DNA of 59,033 nucleotides, the filler included. It is 5 parts of 5 records of this genome, joined end to end, with 100 filler letters (N's around TTAATTAATTAA, not from the genome) between each part and the next. Parts side by side here need not be neighbours in the genome. Positions count along the whole stretch, not along the records: positions 1 to 11,809 come from SRR20825006_1235; 4 more parts are not named here. One strand, given 5' to 3'. This document shows, in pieces, positions 1-8,466 of the stretch (positions within the stretch are counted from its first letter, which is position 1; each line of letters begins with the position of its first letter). The translations under genes and the position numbers were made by a program. The notes beneath the pieces are model-generated. The model saw nothing but the letters and a program-made list of their open reading frames with translations, searched no databases and was not told the origin of the DNA.

Positions 1-116
1 AGCTGGGTGAGTATGCGCTCGGAATCGACAAGCGCTTTCGGGCAGCCCAAACTAACAAATCCCACTTTTTGGGTTTTGTCAGCGTTTTTCTGCGGTGTGT
101 TGTCGGGTGTGGCCAT
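1..116 (-). CDS. rimO: Ribosomal protein S12 methylthiotransferase, 5' part only (runs off window start)
   Basis: Hand translation of the minus strand from ATG at 116 gives [39 protein letters not shown], the RimO N-terminal motif. Not in the ORF track. Confidence 0.9.
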   Translation of the reverse strand, partial: MATPDNTPQKNADKTQKVGFVSLGCPKALVDSERILTQ

Positions 117-285
117 GGCTACCTCGCTATATAGACGGCGCGCATTTTACCTCAATTGCTGCCAGACTGCTCAATCAGAGAGGTGGGGGCGGCGAACGGT
201 TTGGTTTAGCTTGCGCTGCAGCGATCGAGAGCGCTTCGCCGATTTGGTGCACGCCTGATGGCGTTGAATAAAGGAGCGGGTCACT

Positions 286-972
286 ATGTCAAAAATACTG
301 GGCTTTGATGTCTACGGCACGCTGGTCAATACGGCGGCGATAGAGACCCCGCTCCGTGAGCTTATGGGTGATCTCGCAGGGGTATTCGCCGCGCGCTGGC
401 GGGAGAAACAATTGGAGTACAGCTTTCGGCGCGGACTGATGCAGCACTATGCCGATTTTTCTGTGTGTACGCGCCAGGCCCTGGATTATTGTTGTGAGGC
501 TATGGCGCAGCCCCTTTCCCGTGAGCAGCGCAGCGCGTTGATTGCCGCCTACGCCGAGCTGCCAATTTTTGCCGATGTGCTCGACGCGTTGGCGCAGCTG
601 GCCGGCGAGGGCCATCGACTTTTCGCCTTCTCCAATGGGGCTAAAGCAGATGTTCAGGCTATCCTGGCGAAAGCAGAAATTAGCGATTGGTTTGAGGGGG
701 TGGCGAGTGCGGAAGAGGTGCGCGTGTTTAAGCCTAGCCCAGCCGTGTATGCGCATTTTCTGCGGTCAACGGGTGGCCTTGTCGGGCACAGTTGGTTGGT
801 GTCGTCTAACCCCTTTGATGTGATTGGCGCGCGCAGTGCAGGTATGCAAGCGGCATGGGTAAAGCGCGACGCCAATGCAGTGTACGACCCCTGGGATATC
901 GCACCGAGCGTGTGCGTGAAAAGCCTGGCAGAATTGCCTGCCCAATTAGCAGAGAGGGATGTGAGTGAATAG
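286..972 (+). CDS. Haloacid dehalogenase type II (HAD superfamily)
   Basis: Motifs FDVYGTL, FSNG, FKPSP and VSSNPFDVIGA; AAGGAG RBS upstream. Confidence 0.9.
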   Translation: MSKILGFDVYGTLVNTAAIETPLRELMGDLAGVFAARWREKQLEYSFRRGLMQHYADFSVCTRQALDYCCEAMAQPLSREQRSALIAAYAELPIFADVLDALAQLAGEGHRLFAFSNGAKADVQAILAKAEISDWFEGVASAEEVRVFKPSPAVYAHFLRSTGGLVGHSWLVSSNPFDVIGARSAGMQAAWVKRDANAVYDPWDIAPSVCVKSLAELPAQLAERDVSE

Positions 973-1702
973 AGTTTTCGTATTCGTTGCCGTATGGCTG
1001 TGGGCGCTGCCCACGTGGGCAGCAGAGGCGGCGTGGCAACAGGCCTATGTCGAGCAAAATATCCGCTTTATTGCCGAGCATACCGGGGCGCCCGCTGGTT
1101 TTAAGGCGGGGTTGAGCAACGCCGCGTCGCAGCAGCGTTTTGGCAGCGATAGAACGGTTTATGGCAGTTTGAGCGCGGCGGGCCAGCGGGCCTCGGGTGA
1201 ACGTGTCGCGCTGGCGGATTTTTCCCGCGGTATGGTTGAGCTGGAGTTGGCCTTTCAGTTAAACCAAACGGTGGAAGCGCCCATTGCCAGCGTGGCAGAG
1301 TTGCAGTCGATCGTTCGCCGCGTGGCCATTGCACTCGAGTTGCCCGACTTGGCGTTGTTGCCGGCCAGCCCCACCGCCAAAGAGATTGTTCGCGCCAATG
1401 TCGCCGGTAAATATTTTGTTATTGGCAATGGTGTGTCTCCGCAGGGCCTCGACCTGGATGCCCTGCCGTTACGACTGTTTCGCGATGCGTCAATGATCGC
1501 ACAGTCCTATGGCGGCGGGGTGAGTGGCGGTCAGTGGCAGGCCTTGTTAGCGCTGGTCAACCAACGTGTTGCCATGGGGTGGCGCATCACGCCTCAGCAG
1601 TGGTTGCTGACTGGCGCGCTGGGCGGCATGAATGCGCTGGAGCCCGGCTACTATCATGCCGAGTCTGTCGCGCTTGGCGGCGTCGCAATAACGGTGTACT
1701 GA
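965..1702 (+). CDS. 2-keto-4-pentenoate hydratase/FAH-family protein with N-terminal signal peptide
   Basis: Motifs GFKAGLS, VELELAF, ALELPD and LLTGAL; hydrophobic N-terminus ending TWA-AE; 8-nt overlap with the HAD gene. Confidence 0.7.
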   Translation: MNRVFVFVAVWLWALPTWAAEAAWQQAYVEQNIRFIAEHTGAPAGFKAGLSNAASQQRFGSDRTVYGSLSAAGQRASGERVALADFSRGMVELELAFQLNQTVEAPIASVAELQSIVRRVAIALELPDLALLPASPTAKEIVRANVAGKYFVIGNGVSPQGLDLDALPLRLFRDASMIAQSYGGGVSGGQWQALLALVNQRVAMGWRITPQQWLLTGALGGMNALEPGYYHAESVALGGVAITVY

Positions 1703-1707
1703 GCAGC

Positions 1708-2232
1708 CTACATTGCCAGCGTGTCGGGGCGGCTGTGTTGCTGAACGCGCAGTCCCAGGCGTTTTAATGCCGCCAGCAATTCAACGCTGTCTTCGCGATT
1801 TAAAAATGCCCCGACGCGAACGGTTTTTGCGCGGCAGCACAAGCTGATTTCCAGGGGTGCCCAGGGGTGGTGGTGCTCCAGCACCAATATGCCACTGTGT
1901 TGCTGTGGCCACTGCCATTGTTGCTCTGCGCAAAAATAACCGCTTTCAATACGCAGCTGCTGTTCGTTTATGTGAATCACTTGTTGAATCTGCAGTTTGC
2001 CAAAGACGCGCCGCAGTAATACCCAGAGCAAAAATAATTCCAGCCCCATAAAGGGCAAGATCATCCATGCGCCAATAGCCAGAAACCCTGAGGCAAATAC
2101 CAGGTTGAGTCCCGCGATGGCCGCTAAGATGCGCCGGTTACTCTGCCAGCTGGCGGAACGGTTCGGGCGCAGCACAATTTGGCTGCCATCTCGGTTTGTT
2201 TGCGTTTCAACCACCAGCCTATCCTCGTGCAC
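1708..2232 (-). CDS. DUF2244-family membrane protein (start may be GTG 2214)
   Basis: LRPNRS, two TM helices, GAW-ILPFMGLE and VGAFL-E match the DUF2244 pattern. Confidence 0.75.
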   Translation of the reverse strand: MHEDRLVVETQTNRDGSQIVLRPNRSASWQSNRRILAAIAGLNLVFASGFLAIGAWMILPFMGLELFLLWVLLRRVFGKLQIQQVIHINEQQLRIESGYFCAEQQWQWPQQHSGILVLEHHHPWAPLEISLCCRAKTVRVGAFLNREDSVELLAALKRLGLRVQQHSRPDTLAM

Positions 2233-2306
2233 TGGCTATAGTTTAGTGCAGGAAAAACCCCGCCGGTAACGATACGTCTCCAGCGACAGTGAAAGATGTT
2301 TTTCCG

Positions 2307-2975
2307 TTAAATGGCAAAGGGTGGCGGGCAGGTAAACTGTATCGCTTTACCCGTGCTGGGGTGGTGCAAATTGAGTGCGCTGGCGTGCAGTAGCAGCCGG
2401 GCCGATGCCTGCCTGGCTTGTTCATGGGCGTAGAACTCGCAGCCGAGGATGGGGTGGCCAATACTGGCGCAATGCACACGCAATTGGTGGGAGCGACCGG
2501 TAATGGGGCTGAGCAGCAGGGTGCTATGGCTGTCGCTGCGGTGCAGGCATTCGTAGAGGGTTTGTGCAGACTTGCCGTGCTCAAAGTTAATATGTTGGCG
2601 AGGGCGACGCGGCCAGTCGCAGGCCAGCGGCAGGTCGATTATGCCTTGGGCAGGGGCAACGCAGCCGCTGACGACGGCGTGATATTGCTTGGTGATCTGG
2701 CGTCGCTCGAATTGCTGGCTCAGGCGGCGGTGGCTGTCTTTATTCCGCGCAATCAACATCAGGCCAGAGGTGGCCATATCGAGTCTGTGCACAATTAATG
2801 CATCGGCGTATTGCTGCTGAATACGGCTTATCAGGCTATCGCGATTGGCCGGGTGACGGCCGGGAACTGACAATAAGCCCGCCGGTTTACTGACGGCCAG
2901 TAGGTCGTCGTCTTCATAGAGAATACGGTGGGACTCATGGCAGGCGGGCACGATAAATTCAGTGGCTTGTGACAC
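2307..2975 (-). CDS. rluA: RluA-family pseudouridine synthase
   Basis: Motifs KPAGLLSVPG, HRLDMATSG, TGRSHQLRVH and LLLHA. Confidence 0.85.
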   Translation of the reverse strand: MSQATEFIVPACHESHRILYEDDDLLAVSKPAGLLSVPGRHPANRDSLISRIQQQYADALIVHRLDMATSGLMLIARNKDSHRRLSQQFERRQITKQYHAVVSGCVAPAQGIIDLPLACDWPRRPRQHINFEHGKSAQTLYECLHRSDSHSTLLLSPITGRSHQLRVHCASIGHPILGCEFYAHEQARQASARLLLHASALNLHHPSTGKAIQFTCPPPFAI

Positions 2976-3169
2976 GGTAGGCTCTCGACAGTGGCTGGCT
3001 AAATTATGCGTGATCAGTGTGCGTGAGGCGAGTGCTCAAACGGCATCAATTTCGCAGGATTGGACGCCGACGTAGCGGTCGCTAGTCCGTATACTATCGC
3101 CGCCGAGAGCAGACTGGCGCTTGAATGCTTACCGTTGCCTTTATCGCGCCGGCCTTAAAAACAGGACAA

Positions 3170-3826
3170 ATGATGAAAATACCGTCACTGCAAGCGCGTC
3201 TGCGCGAGTATCTCCCGCATGGGCAGTTATCCCGCCAGCGCCTGCCTTTAGCGCCCGAGCTGGAGTTGTGGTTGCTCGATGAAGCCTACCCCCAGCACCT
3301 GCTCGACAGCGAGCAAATTCAGCGCATTATGAACTACCCGGCCTATTGGTGTTTTTGCTGGGCGAGCGGCCAGGTTATGGCGCGCTATATTATTGACCAC
3401 CCCGAGTTGGTGCGCGGCAAGCGGGTGCTGGACTTCGGTTGTGGTTCTGCGGTGGCCGCGATCGCGGCGGCCAAGGCCGGGGCGTCATCGGTGGTCGCCT
3501 GCGACCTGGATAGCGATGCATTGGCCGTCAGCAAACTCAATGCCGAGGCCAATGCCGTGAACCTCGCCTACAGCGCAGATTTCTTTGCTGACAGTGAAAC
3601 ATACGATGTGATTTTGGTTGCCGACGTGCTCTACGATCGCGCCAATTTGCCGCTGTTAGGCGAGTTTTTGACGCGTGCCAACACGGTGTTGGTGGCGGAC
3701 TCCCGGGTGAAGGACTTTTCCTTTCCCGGCTATCGCCACCTGCAATTTCAGCGCGCAACCACAATTCCCGATCTGGCGGAGTCCGAGGAATTTTCCCGCG
3801 TGAATGTGTACTTGGGAGAGCATTAA
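3170..3826 (+). CDS. Class I SAM-dependent methyltransferase (PrmA/METTL20-like)
   Basis: Motifs YWCFCWASG, VLDFGCGS and VADVLYD; AGGA RBS before ATG 3170. Confidence 0.85.
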   Translation: MMKIPSLQARLREYLPHGQLSRQRLPLAPELELWLLDEAYPQHLLDSEQIQRIMNYPAYWCFCWASGQVMARYIIDHPELVRGKRVLDFGCGSAVAAIAAAKAGASSVVACDLDSDALAVSKLNAEANAVNLAYSADFFADSETYDVILVADVLYDRANLPLLGEFLTRANTVLVADSRVKDFSFPGYRHLQFQRATTIPDLAESEEFSRVNVYLGEH

Positions 3827-4725
3827 GCGGGCCCGTGTAGCGCATCAAGAAAGGCGCTCGCCAGCGGGCTGAGGCGCTTGCCGCGTTGATAGGCGCTGCA
3901 CCAGGAGCGCTTAATGGGAAAACCCTCCACCTGTAATGCAACCAGGCTACCGTCGCTGATTCCTTGTTCGGCCACGCTGGCTGGCAGCACGGCGCAATCC
4001 TCGGAGTCGACAAGAGCGTGGCGTATTGCCTGGTTGCTGCCCAGCACGCGGGTGCGGCGAATCACGCAGCTTTGCTGCTGGCAGTAGTCCTCGAGTACTT
4101 GCCTGCTGCCCGAGCCGGGTTCGCGCAGTAGCAGGCGGTTTTCCAGAAATTCATGCAGGCTAAGCGCCCCTGCACCGGCCAGGGGGTGGTGTATGGCAGC
4201 TACTGCCAGCAGTTGATGTTCGGCGAAGGGGGTGTACTGCAAGCCCTGGTCGCTGGGGACGCGAGTCATTATCGCGAGGTCATGCATATTGTCGTGCAGG
4301 CGTTTTATCAGGTGCTGGTGGTTGTCGACATGCAGGCTCACCTCCGCATCTGGGTGCTGCTGGCAGAATCGGTTGATGTAAGCGGGAATCAGGGCCTCGG
4401 CGCTCGACTCAATAATAATATTCAAGCTGCCCTGCAACTTGCCGTGTAGCTCGGTAAGTTCTATCTCTAAATTTACCAGCCGCTGCTGCAGGTCGCGGGC
4501 CGCCCGCTGTAACAGCTTGCCTGCCGGTGTCAGATAGAGTCGGCGGCCAACGTAGTCGAACAGCGGCTGGCGGATTAATTCCTCCAGGCTGCGTATTTGC
4601 GCGCTGACGGCGGGTTGCGTGAGCGACAGCTCTTCGGCGGCGCGCGAGTAGCTCATGTGCTGGCAAACTGCCAGAAAAACATCAACTTGGCGCAGAGTAA
4701 GCCGTTGTAAGTAGCTGGTTTGCAT
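3823..4725 (-). CDS. LysR-family regulator divergent from pycAB (PycR-like)
   Basis: HTH SYSRAAEELSLTQPAVSAQI and REPGSG motif; AGGAG RBS before ATG 4725; same arrangement as Pseudomonas pycR-pycAB. Confidence 0.88.
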   Translation of the reverse strand: MQTSYLQRLTLRQVDVFLAVCQHMSYSRAAEELSLTQPAVSAQIRSLEELIRQPLFDYVGRRLYLTPAGKLLQRAARDLQQRLVNLEIELTELHGKLQGSLNIIIESSAEALIPAYINRFCQQHPDAEVSLHVDNHQHLIKRLHDNMHDLAIMTRVPSDQGLQYTPFAEHQLLAVAAIHHPLAGAGALSLHEFLENRLLLREPGSGSRQVLEDYCQQQSCVIRRTRVLGSNQAIRHALVDSEDCAVLPASVAEQGISDGSLVALQVEGFPIKRSWCSAYQRGKRLSPLASAFLDALHGPA

Positions 4726-4753
4726 CCCCGTCTCCTGCAAAATTTACTCGTTT

Positions 4754-4771
4754 TATAAGTTATTGCTTATA
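4754..4771. promoter_or_regulatory. Candidate LysR recognition site
   Basis: Inverted repeat TATAAG-N6-CTTATA in the AT-rich divergent intergenic region. Confidence 0.4.
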
Positions 4772-4860
4772 TATAGGCAAATAAATATTAATTTCTTATG
4801 AGGAATATTTTCCGCTAGGGTGGTTCGCATATTTGATACCGGCTTAGGAAACCAGTCGCT

Positions 4861-6276
4861 ATGCTGAAAAAAATCCTAATTGCCAACCGTGGTGAGATTG
4901 CGGTTCGCATTGTTCGCGCCTGTGCCGAGATGGGTATTCGCTCAGCGGCCATCTACACCGAACCCGATCGCTTTTCCCTGCATGTTAAGCGCGCTGACGA
5001 GGCTTACAACGTGGGCGCAGACCCCCTGGAGGGGTATTTGAATCCTCGCAAGCTGGTGGCGCTGGCGGTGGAAACGGGCTGCGACGGTCTGCACCCCGGC
5101 TACGGTTTTCTTTCCGAGAATGCCGAATTGGCGGAAATCTGTGCTCAGCGCGGCATTACCTTTATTGGCCCCAGTGCAGAGGTTATCCGTCGCATGGGCG
5201 ATAAAACCGAGGCTCGCCGGGCGATGGTGGCGGCGGGTGTGCCGGTGACACCGGGCACTGAAGACAACCTTGCCGATGTCGAGGAAGCGGTGACGGTCGC
5301 TGCAGGCATCGGTTATCCGGTGATGTTGAAAGCCACCTCGGGTGGCGGCGGTCGCGGTATTCGCCGCTGCGACAGCGAAGCAGACCTGCGACGTCAGTTT
5401 AGTCGCGTGGTCTCAGAGGCCACCAAGGCTTTCGGTCGCGCTGATGTATTTTTGGAGAAGTGTATTGTCAACCCGCGCCATATTGAGGCGCAAATTTTGG
5501 CCGACTCACAGGGCAATGTTATCCACCTGTATGAGCGTGATTGTTCGATACAGCGCCGCAATCAAAAGTTGATTGAAATTGCGCCATCGCCGCAGCTCAC
5601 GCCGGAGCAGCGCGCCTATATCGGCGACTTAGCGGTGCGCGCGGCAGAGGCGGTGGGCTATGAAAATGCCGGCACCGTAGAGTTTTTGCTTGCCGATAAT
5701 CAAATTTATTTTATGGAGATGAATACCCGCGTTCAGGTGGAGCACACCATCACCGAGCAAATTACCGGGGTTGATATTGTGCGCGAGCAAATCCGCATCG
5801 CCTCCGGCCTGCCGCTTGGGTATCGGCAAGAGGATATTAGCTATCGCGGCTACGCGCTGCAGTTCCGCGTGAACGCCGAAGACCCCAAGAACGGTTTTTT
5901 GCCCAGCTTCGGCAAAATCAGCCGCTACTACGCTCCCGGTGGCCCGGGCGTGCGCACCGACACCGCGATATATACCGGCTACAGCATACCGCCGTATTTT
6001 GACTCGATGTGCCTGAAACTGGTGGTTTGGGGACTGACCTGGGAAGAAACGCTCAACCGCGGCGCGCGGGCGTTGAATGATATGCGTGTTCAGGGCGTAC
6101 GAACCACCGCGCCTTACTACCAGCAAATACTCAAGCACGCGGACTTTCGCGCCGCGCATTTCGACACCAGCTTTGTTGATAGTCATCCCGAACTGATCGA
6201 GTACTCCGATAAGAGTCGGCCCGAAGAGCTTGCCCTGGCGGTAGCGGCGGCGATCGCTGCTCACGCAGGACTGTAA
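4861..6276 (+). CDS. pycA: Pyruvate carboxylase subunit A (biotin carboxylase)
   Basis: Motifs IANRGEIA, HPGYGFLSEN, GGGGRG and MEMNTRVQVEH; followed by a carboxyltransferase-biotin subunit. Confidence 0.92.
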   Translation: MLKKILIANRGEIAVRIVRACAEMGIRSAAIYTEPDRFSLHVKRADEAYNVGADPLEGYLNPRKLVALAVETGCDGLHPGYGFLSENAELAEICAQRGITFIGPSAEVIRRMGDKTEARRAMVAAGVPVTPGTEDNLADVEEAVTVAAGIGYPVMLKATSGGGGRGIRRCDSEADLRRQFSRVVSEATKAFGRADVFLEKCIVNPRHIEAQILADSQGNVIHLYERDCSIQRRNQKLIEIAPSPQLTPEQRAYIGDLAVRAAEAVGYENAGTVEFLLADNQIYFMEMNTRVQVEHTITEQITGVDIVREQIRIASGLPLGYRQEDISYRGYALQFRVNAEDPKNGFLPSFGKISRYYAPGGPGVRTDTAIYTGYSIPPYFDSMCLKLVVWGLTWEETLNRGARALNDMRVQGVRTTAPYYQQILKHADFRAAHFDTSFVDSHPELIEYSDKSRPEELALAVAAAIAAHAGL

Positions 6277-6336
6277 ACCCAATAATGATTGCAGCCGCTT
6301 AGCGGCCACGATGTGCACACAGGAAAGGAAGGCACT

Positions 6337-8136
6337 ATGACTACGCCGATTAAAATTACCGATGTCGCCCTGCGAGACGGCCATCAATCGCTTATTGCCA
6401 CGCGGCTGCGCACCGAGGACATGTTGCCGGTGTGCGCCGAACTGGACGCCCTGGACTATTGGTCCCTAGAGGTATGGGGCGGCGCAACCTTTGATGCCTG
6501 CGTGCGTTTTTTGAAAGAGGACCCCTGGGAGCGACTGCGCAAGTTGCGTGAGGCGCTGCCCAATAGCCAGCTGCAAATGTTGCTGCGTGGCCAGAACCTG
6601 CTGGGTTATCGCCACTATGCTGACGATGTCGTCGAGGCCTTTATTGCCAAGGCGGCAGACAATGGCATGGATATCTTCCGGATATTCGATGCGATGAACG
6701 ATGTGCGTAATTTGCAGACGGCGATCGCCGCCGTGAAGGCCGCCGGCAAACATGCTCAGGGTACCATTTGCTACACCACCAGCCCCGTGCACAACACGGA
6801 AACGTTCGTCGAGCAGGCGCGTAAGATGGTGGACATGGGCGTAGATTCCCTGGCTATCAAAGATATGGCGGGCCTGCTGACGCCGAGTACCACCGGTGAG
6901 TTGGTCGCGGCGTTAAAGGCCGAGTTCGATCTGCCGCTGGCCCTGCATTCGCATATGACATCGGGTTTGGCTGGGCTGTGTCAGTTGAAGGCGGTAGAGG
7001 CGGGCGTGGATATTATCGATACCGCTATCTCAGCCTTTGCCAACGGCACCAGTCACCCGGCGACCGAAACCATGGTTGCAGGCCTAAAAGACACGCCCTA
7101 CGACTCGGGCCTGGATCTGGAAGTTTTACAAAGCGTTGCCAAGAAACTGTGGGCGGTGCGCAAGAAATACCGGCAGTTTGAGAGTGAGTTTACTCGCGAA
7201 GATGTCAGCGTTCAGATAAACCAAGTGCCGGGCGGCATGATGTCTAACCTGGCGAACCAGCTAAAAGAGCAGGGTGCCTTGCACCGTATCGACGAAGTCT
7301 TCGCGGAGATTCCCCGGGTGCGCAAGGACCTGGGCTTCCCGCCGCTGGTAACGCCCACCTCGCAGATTGTCGGTACCCAGGCGGTGATGAATATTCTGGC
7401 AGAGGCGCCCTATACCACCATTACCAATGAGGTGAAGCGCTATTTGCAGGGTCACTACGGCGCGGCGCTGGGAACGGTGAATGAAGAATTGCGAGCCAAG
7501 GCGATTGGCAGTGAAGCGGTGATCGATGTTCGCCCTGCAGATTTGCTGCCGCCTGAAATGGAGAAATTGCGCGCAGAAATTGGCGAGCTGGCCGACAGTG
7601 AAGAGGATGTACTGAGTTACGCCATGTTCCCGGATCTGGGCCGCAGCTACCTCCAGCAGCGTCGCGATGGCACATTACAGCCTGAGGTTTTAGAGCCGGA
7701 AGCCGAGGCCGATCGCCCCGCCGCGGAAAATGCGGTGCCCACCGAGTTTGTGATAGATGTGCACGGTGAAAGTTATCAAGTGGCGATTACCGGCGTCGGC
7801 ATTAAGGGTAAAGGCAAACGGCACCTGTACATGACGCTGGACGGGATGCCAGAGGAAGTGGTTTTCGAGGCATTGAACGAATACCAGCGCGACGGGGGAA
7901 GTGGGCGCCGGGAGGCAACTCAGCCGGGGCATGTTACAACGAATATGCCGGGCAATATCGTCGATGTATTAGTGGCGCAGGGCGATGTGGTTAAGGCGGG
8001 CCAGCCAGTGCTAGTCACTGAGGCGATGAAAATGGAAGCGGAAGTGCAGGCGCCGATTGATGGCACAGTTCGTGATATCCACGTTAGCAAGGGAGATCGC
8101 GTCACTCCGGGTGAGGTATTAATAGAAATCGAGTAA
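6337..8136 (+). CDS. pycB: Pyruvate carboxylase subunit B (carboxyltransferase + biotin carrier)
   Basis: Motifs [24 protein letters not shown] and C-terminal EAMKME; paired with a biotin carboxylase and no oadB/oadG nearby. Confidence 0.9.
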   Translation: MTTPIKITDVALRDGHQSLIATRLRTEDMLPVCAELDALDYWSLEVWGGATFDACVRFLKEDPWERLRKLREALPNSQLQMLLRGQNLLGYRHYADDVVEAFIAKAADNGMDIFRIFDAMNDVRNLQTAIAAVKAAGKHAQGTICYTTSPVHNTETFVEQARKMVDMGVDSLAIKDMAGLLTPSTTGELVAALKAEFDLPLALHSHMTSGLAGLCQLKAVEAGVDIIDTAISAFANGTSHPATETMVAGLKDTPYDSGLDLEVLQSVAKKLWAVRKKYRQFESEFTREDVSVQINQVPGGMMSNLANQLKEQGALHRIDEVFAEIPRVRKDLGFPPLVTPTSQIVGTQAVMNILAEAPYTTITNEVKRYLQGHYGAALGTVNEELRAKAIGSEAVIDVRPADLLPPEMEKLRAEIGELADSEEDVLSYAMFPDLGRSYLQQRRDGTLQPEVLEPEAEADRPAAENAVPTEFVIDVHGESYQVAITGVGIKGKGKRHLYMTLDGMPEEVVFEALNEYQRDGGSGRREATQPGHVTTNMPGNIVDVLVAQGDVVKAGQPVLVTEAMKMEAEVQAPIDGTVRDIHVSKGDRVTPGEVLIEIE

Positions 8137-8152
8137 AGAGCAAGAAAAACGC

Positions 8153-8182
8153 TTGCAAACCTCAATGATAATGATTATCGTT
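8153..8182 (+). promoter_or_regulatory. Sigma70 promoter overlapped by a Fur box
   Basis: TTGCAA (8153-8158), 17-nt spacer, TATCGT (8176-8181). AATGATAATGATTATCGTT (8164-8182) matches 17/19 of AATGATAATCATTATCATT. Confidence 0.8.
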
Positions 8183-8186
8183 TAGT

Positions 8187-8296
8187 TGTGTCGCGGCGGG
8201 ATGGTGTCTCCCCCCTCTCTCTGACGTTCTTATCCCGTCGCGACCTCTCTCCGTATTGGCCCCGGTTGCTTACCCTGCTTCCGGGGCTCTTTTTTT
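8187..8296 (+). ncRNA. Candidate Fur-repressed small RNA (PrrF/RyhB functional analogue)
   Basis: Fur-boxed promoter, 13-bp stem 8190-8202/8232-8244 with a C/U-rich loop, CUCUCUCC single-stranded linker and intrinsic terminator; no ORF. Confidence 0.65.
8258..8296 (+). terminator. Rho-independent terminator
   Basis: GGCCCCGG...CCGGGGCT stem followed by C and 7 T. Confidence 0.8.
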
Positions 8297-8466
8297 ACGT
8301 CCCGCCACGCCTGCCCCTTGTCATGTAAGCAGTTTATGTAATTGCACTACAGTGCGGTATTTGTGACATAGCGTCAACATCCTGTTTTCCCTCGCGTAAG
8401 CTCTATGGCTCACTCGCTGGTATCAATGCGCGGTGATTACATAACAATAATAGAGGTTGTATCGCA

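Noticed and set aside
7-258. 83-aa plus-strand ORF
   Set aside because: Antisense shadow of the rimO 5' end.
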